The position numbers and the translations under genes are program-made. A DNA stretch of 63,985 bases, counting the filler, from Perkinsus chesapeaki ATCC PRA-425 (lineage: Eukaryota; Protista; Perkinsozoa): NCBI GenBank assembly GCA_013115145.1. It is 9 parts of 9 records of this genome, joined end to end, with 100 filler letters (N's around TTAATTAATTAA, not from the genome) between each part and the next. Parts side by side here need not be neighbours in the genome. Positions count along the whole stretch, not along the records: positions 53,405 to 62,751 come from JAAPAO010000941.1; positions 62,852 to 63,985 come from JAAPAO010002168.1; 7 more parts are not named here. One strand, 5' to 3'. This document shows, one piece after another, positions 61,644 to 63,985 of this stretch. The notes under the pieces were generated by a model. The model ran no database searches, was not told the DNA's origin, and was given only the letters and a program-made list of their open reading frames with translations. Numbering within the stretch: the stretch's first letter is position 1; every line of letters starts with the position of its first letter.

Positions 61644-62751
61644 ATCTAGCTACTCACACTGCTTTATTCTGCTCTATCTAGTTTCTAATCTTTGCGGGGG
61701 AATCATCCGCATTGCCTTAGTTGAAGCGTCATTGAGTTTCATCATGTTACTATGACTGAATGAAGGTGTTTATCACATGCATCATATTTGTCTTTAAGCG
61801 GCAAATGGATTCGACCTGTGGAGATGTGCCCTCGATGTTACAGCACATGTTTCTTCGCGCGTCTGGAGGATGAGTAGGGGGCTCTATGATATCCTTATAT
61901 GACGGGGACTAGACAAGTATAGACACTAGACACTTATATGACTCTTAAGACTGTGTTGTAGTGTATATCACTCCAATGAACGCAACAAAACCTGGTCTTG
62001 TTCCAAAAGTCTAGCGACTGAGAACCGAGATAATGACAGATTTTGCCATCATCAATCTGAAGTTCAAGCAGCTTGCGAATGAAAATAAAAACAAGAAGGT
62101 TTTAATCCAGGACGAGCTATATTAAGGGATAGTAATATCTGTCTGAGCCTTCCATCTAGACAGACTGATTGAGACATGGGTTTAATGTCATAACAGAGTT
62201 CTGTGATATATCAACAACACTTATTAGACATTAGGAACCCGTCGAATGTACTTTCGAGAAGAGAAAGCTACATAAAGTGGAAAAAGAAGAACCAGATCAT
62301 ATGCCTCAAGCGTCTCTAGTTCACCACATCATTGAAGTGGAGACTTGACCATCGAAGACCGATCACCAGAATCGATGTCAGGTTGAGTCATCTTCTCTTC
62401 GGTTCCTCAGTATACCACTCCTTGCAGAGTTTGTAATACCCCTCGGGCTTATCAGGGCCATCATAGCAGCAGTTGGTATAAAAATGGTTAAAAATTTGTG
62501 GATCCAGCTCACCACAGTGGTAGCAAATCTTAGATACCTCGTTATCATGGCAACAGGGGCAATGCTTAGCCAGATGTGGTAACGCACAGGCCTGGCCAAC
62601 TCCCAGTAAACGGATCTCTTCTAGGGGATGGAGGTGGGGTTTCTTAGTTGTTTCGCTGTTGCCAGGGTTGTGGGCCACTGTGCCGGTAACGGCATTCATG
62701 TTATTGTCGTGCAACACAATTTCTCTGTGCTGACGTTATTTCTGTCCCCAA

Positions 62752-62851
62752 NNNNNNNNNNNNNNNNNNNNNNNNNNNNNNNNNNNNNNNNNNNNTTAAT
62801 TAATTAANNNNNNNNNNNNNNNNNNNNNNNNNNNNNNNNNNNNNNNNNNNN
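62752..62851. other. Artificial contig linker
   Basis: 44 N + TTAATTAATTAA + 44 N. Confidence 0.97.
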
Positions 62852-63985
62852 CAGGACGGCGTGTTACCACCTCCTGGTCAGGCCGGTATTTCAACTACTG
62901 TTCACCCCGCTGACTTAGTGCCTGTTCAGGACGGCGTGTTGNNNNNNNNNNNNNNNNNNNNNNNNNNNNNNNNNNNNNNNNNNNNNNNNNNNNNNNNNNN
63001 NNNNNNNNNNNNNNNNNNNNNNNNNNNNNNNNNNNNNNNNGCCAGTTTCTGGTCAGGCCGGTACTTCCTCTACTGTTCACCCCGCTGACTCAGTGCCTGT
63101 TCAGGACGGTGTGTTGCCAGTTTCTGGTCAGGCCGGTACTTCCTCTACTGTTCACTCCGCTGACTCAGTGCCTGTTCAGGACGGTGTGTTGCCAGTTTCT
63201 GGTCAGGCCGGTACTTCAACTACTGTTCACCCCGCTGTCTCAGCACCTGTCCAGGATGGTGTCTTGCCAGCTCCTGGTCAGGCCAGTATTTCAACTACTG
63301 TTCACCCCGCTGACTCAGTGCCTGTTCAGGATGGTGGTTTGCCAGCTCCTGGTCAGGCCGGTACTATATCTACTGTTCACCCCGCCGTCTCAGTACCGGT
63401 CCAGGATGGTGTCTTGCTATTTCCTGGTCAGGGTGGTATTTCATCTACTGTTCACCCCGCTGCCTCAGTGCCTGTTCAGGAAGCTGTCATGCCAGCTCCT
63501 GGTCAGGCTGGTATTTCAACTGCTGTTCACCCCGCCGGCTCAGTACCTGTCCAGGATGGTGTTTTACCAGCTCGTGGTCAGGCCGGTATTTCCTCTACTG
63601 TTCACCCCCCTGCCTCAGTACCTGTTCAGGAAGCTGTCATGCCAGCTTCAGGTCAGGCCGGTATTTCAACTACTGTTCACCCCGCCGTCTCAGTGCCTGT
63701 TCAGGAAGCTGTCATGCCAGCTTCCGGTCAGGCCGGTATTTCAACTACTGTTCACCCCACTGTCTCAGTACCTGTCCAGGATGGTGTTTTGCCAGCTCCT
63801 GGCCAGGCCGGTATTTCCTCTACTGTTCACCCCACCGTCTCAGTGCCTGTTCAGGAAGCTGTCATGCCAGCTTCAGGTCAGGCCGGTATTTCAACTGCTG
63901 TTTACCCCGCCGTCTCAGTGCCTGTTCCGGAAGCTGTCATGCCAGCTCCTGGTCAAGCCGGTATTTCAACTACTGTTCACCCCGC
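62852..63985 (+). repeat. 75-nt tandem repeat, probably coding for a 25-aa repeat; internal gap 62942-63040
   Basis: Unit translates to PVSGQAGTSSTVHPADSVPVQDGVL or PAPGQAGISTTVHPAVSVPVQEAVM. This frame stays open to the window end. Confidence 0.88.

Noticed and set aside
62378-62717. Cys-rich zinc-finger gene
   Set aside because: Partial ORF at a contig end; the Cys/His spacing did not match a family I can name.

Overview
This window is not one locus. It is nine unrelated contigs joined by eight artificial 100-bp linkers (44 N + TTAATTAATTAA + 44 N), so adjacency is only meaningful within a contig. The DNA is eukaryotic with short GT-AG introns, and a 21-nt exact match to the Perkinsus-type spliced leader suggests a Perkinsus genome (inference). 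Host genes: gamma-carbonic-anhydrase-like, Yip1/YIPF6-like, PRKRIP1-like, a class-III aminotransferase fused to a LOR/SDH linker domain, a very AT-rich divergent dynein-heavy-chain-like gene, a cold-shock-domain ORF, an amino-acid permease, and three tandem deoxyribose-phosphate aldolases. Mobile DNA: BEL/Pao-like and Ty3/Gypsy-like retrotransposon pieces and a Helitron-type Rep/helicase element. Best leads: (1) the ~5-kb Helitron-like element abuts a truncated LSU rRNA at the peptidyl-transferase centre on one side and a truncated 5S rRNA on the other, both at a TA|TCC site, suggesting an rDNA-targeting rolling-circle transposon; (2) a spliced-leader copy lies 113 nt inside a putative 3' LTR, fused to retroelement pol sequence. 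All domain calls are by eye from remembered motifs; no searches were run.
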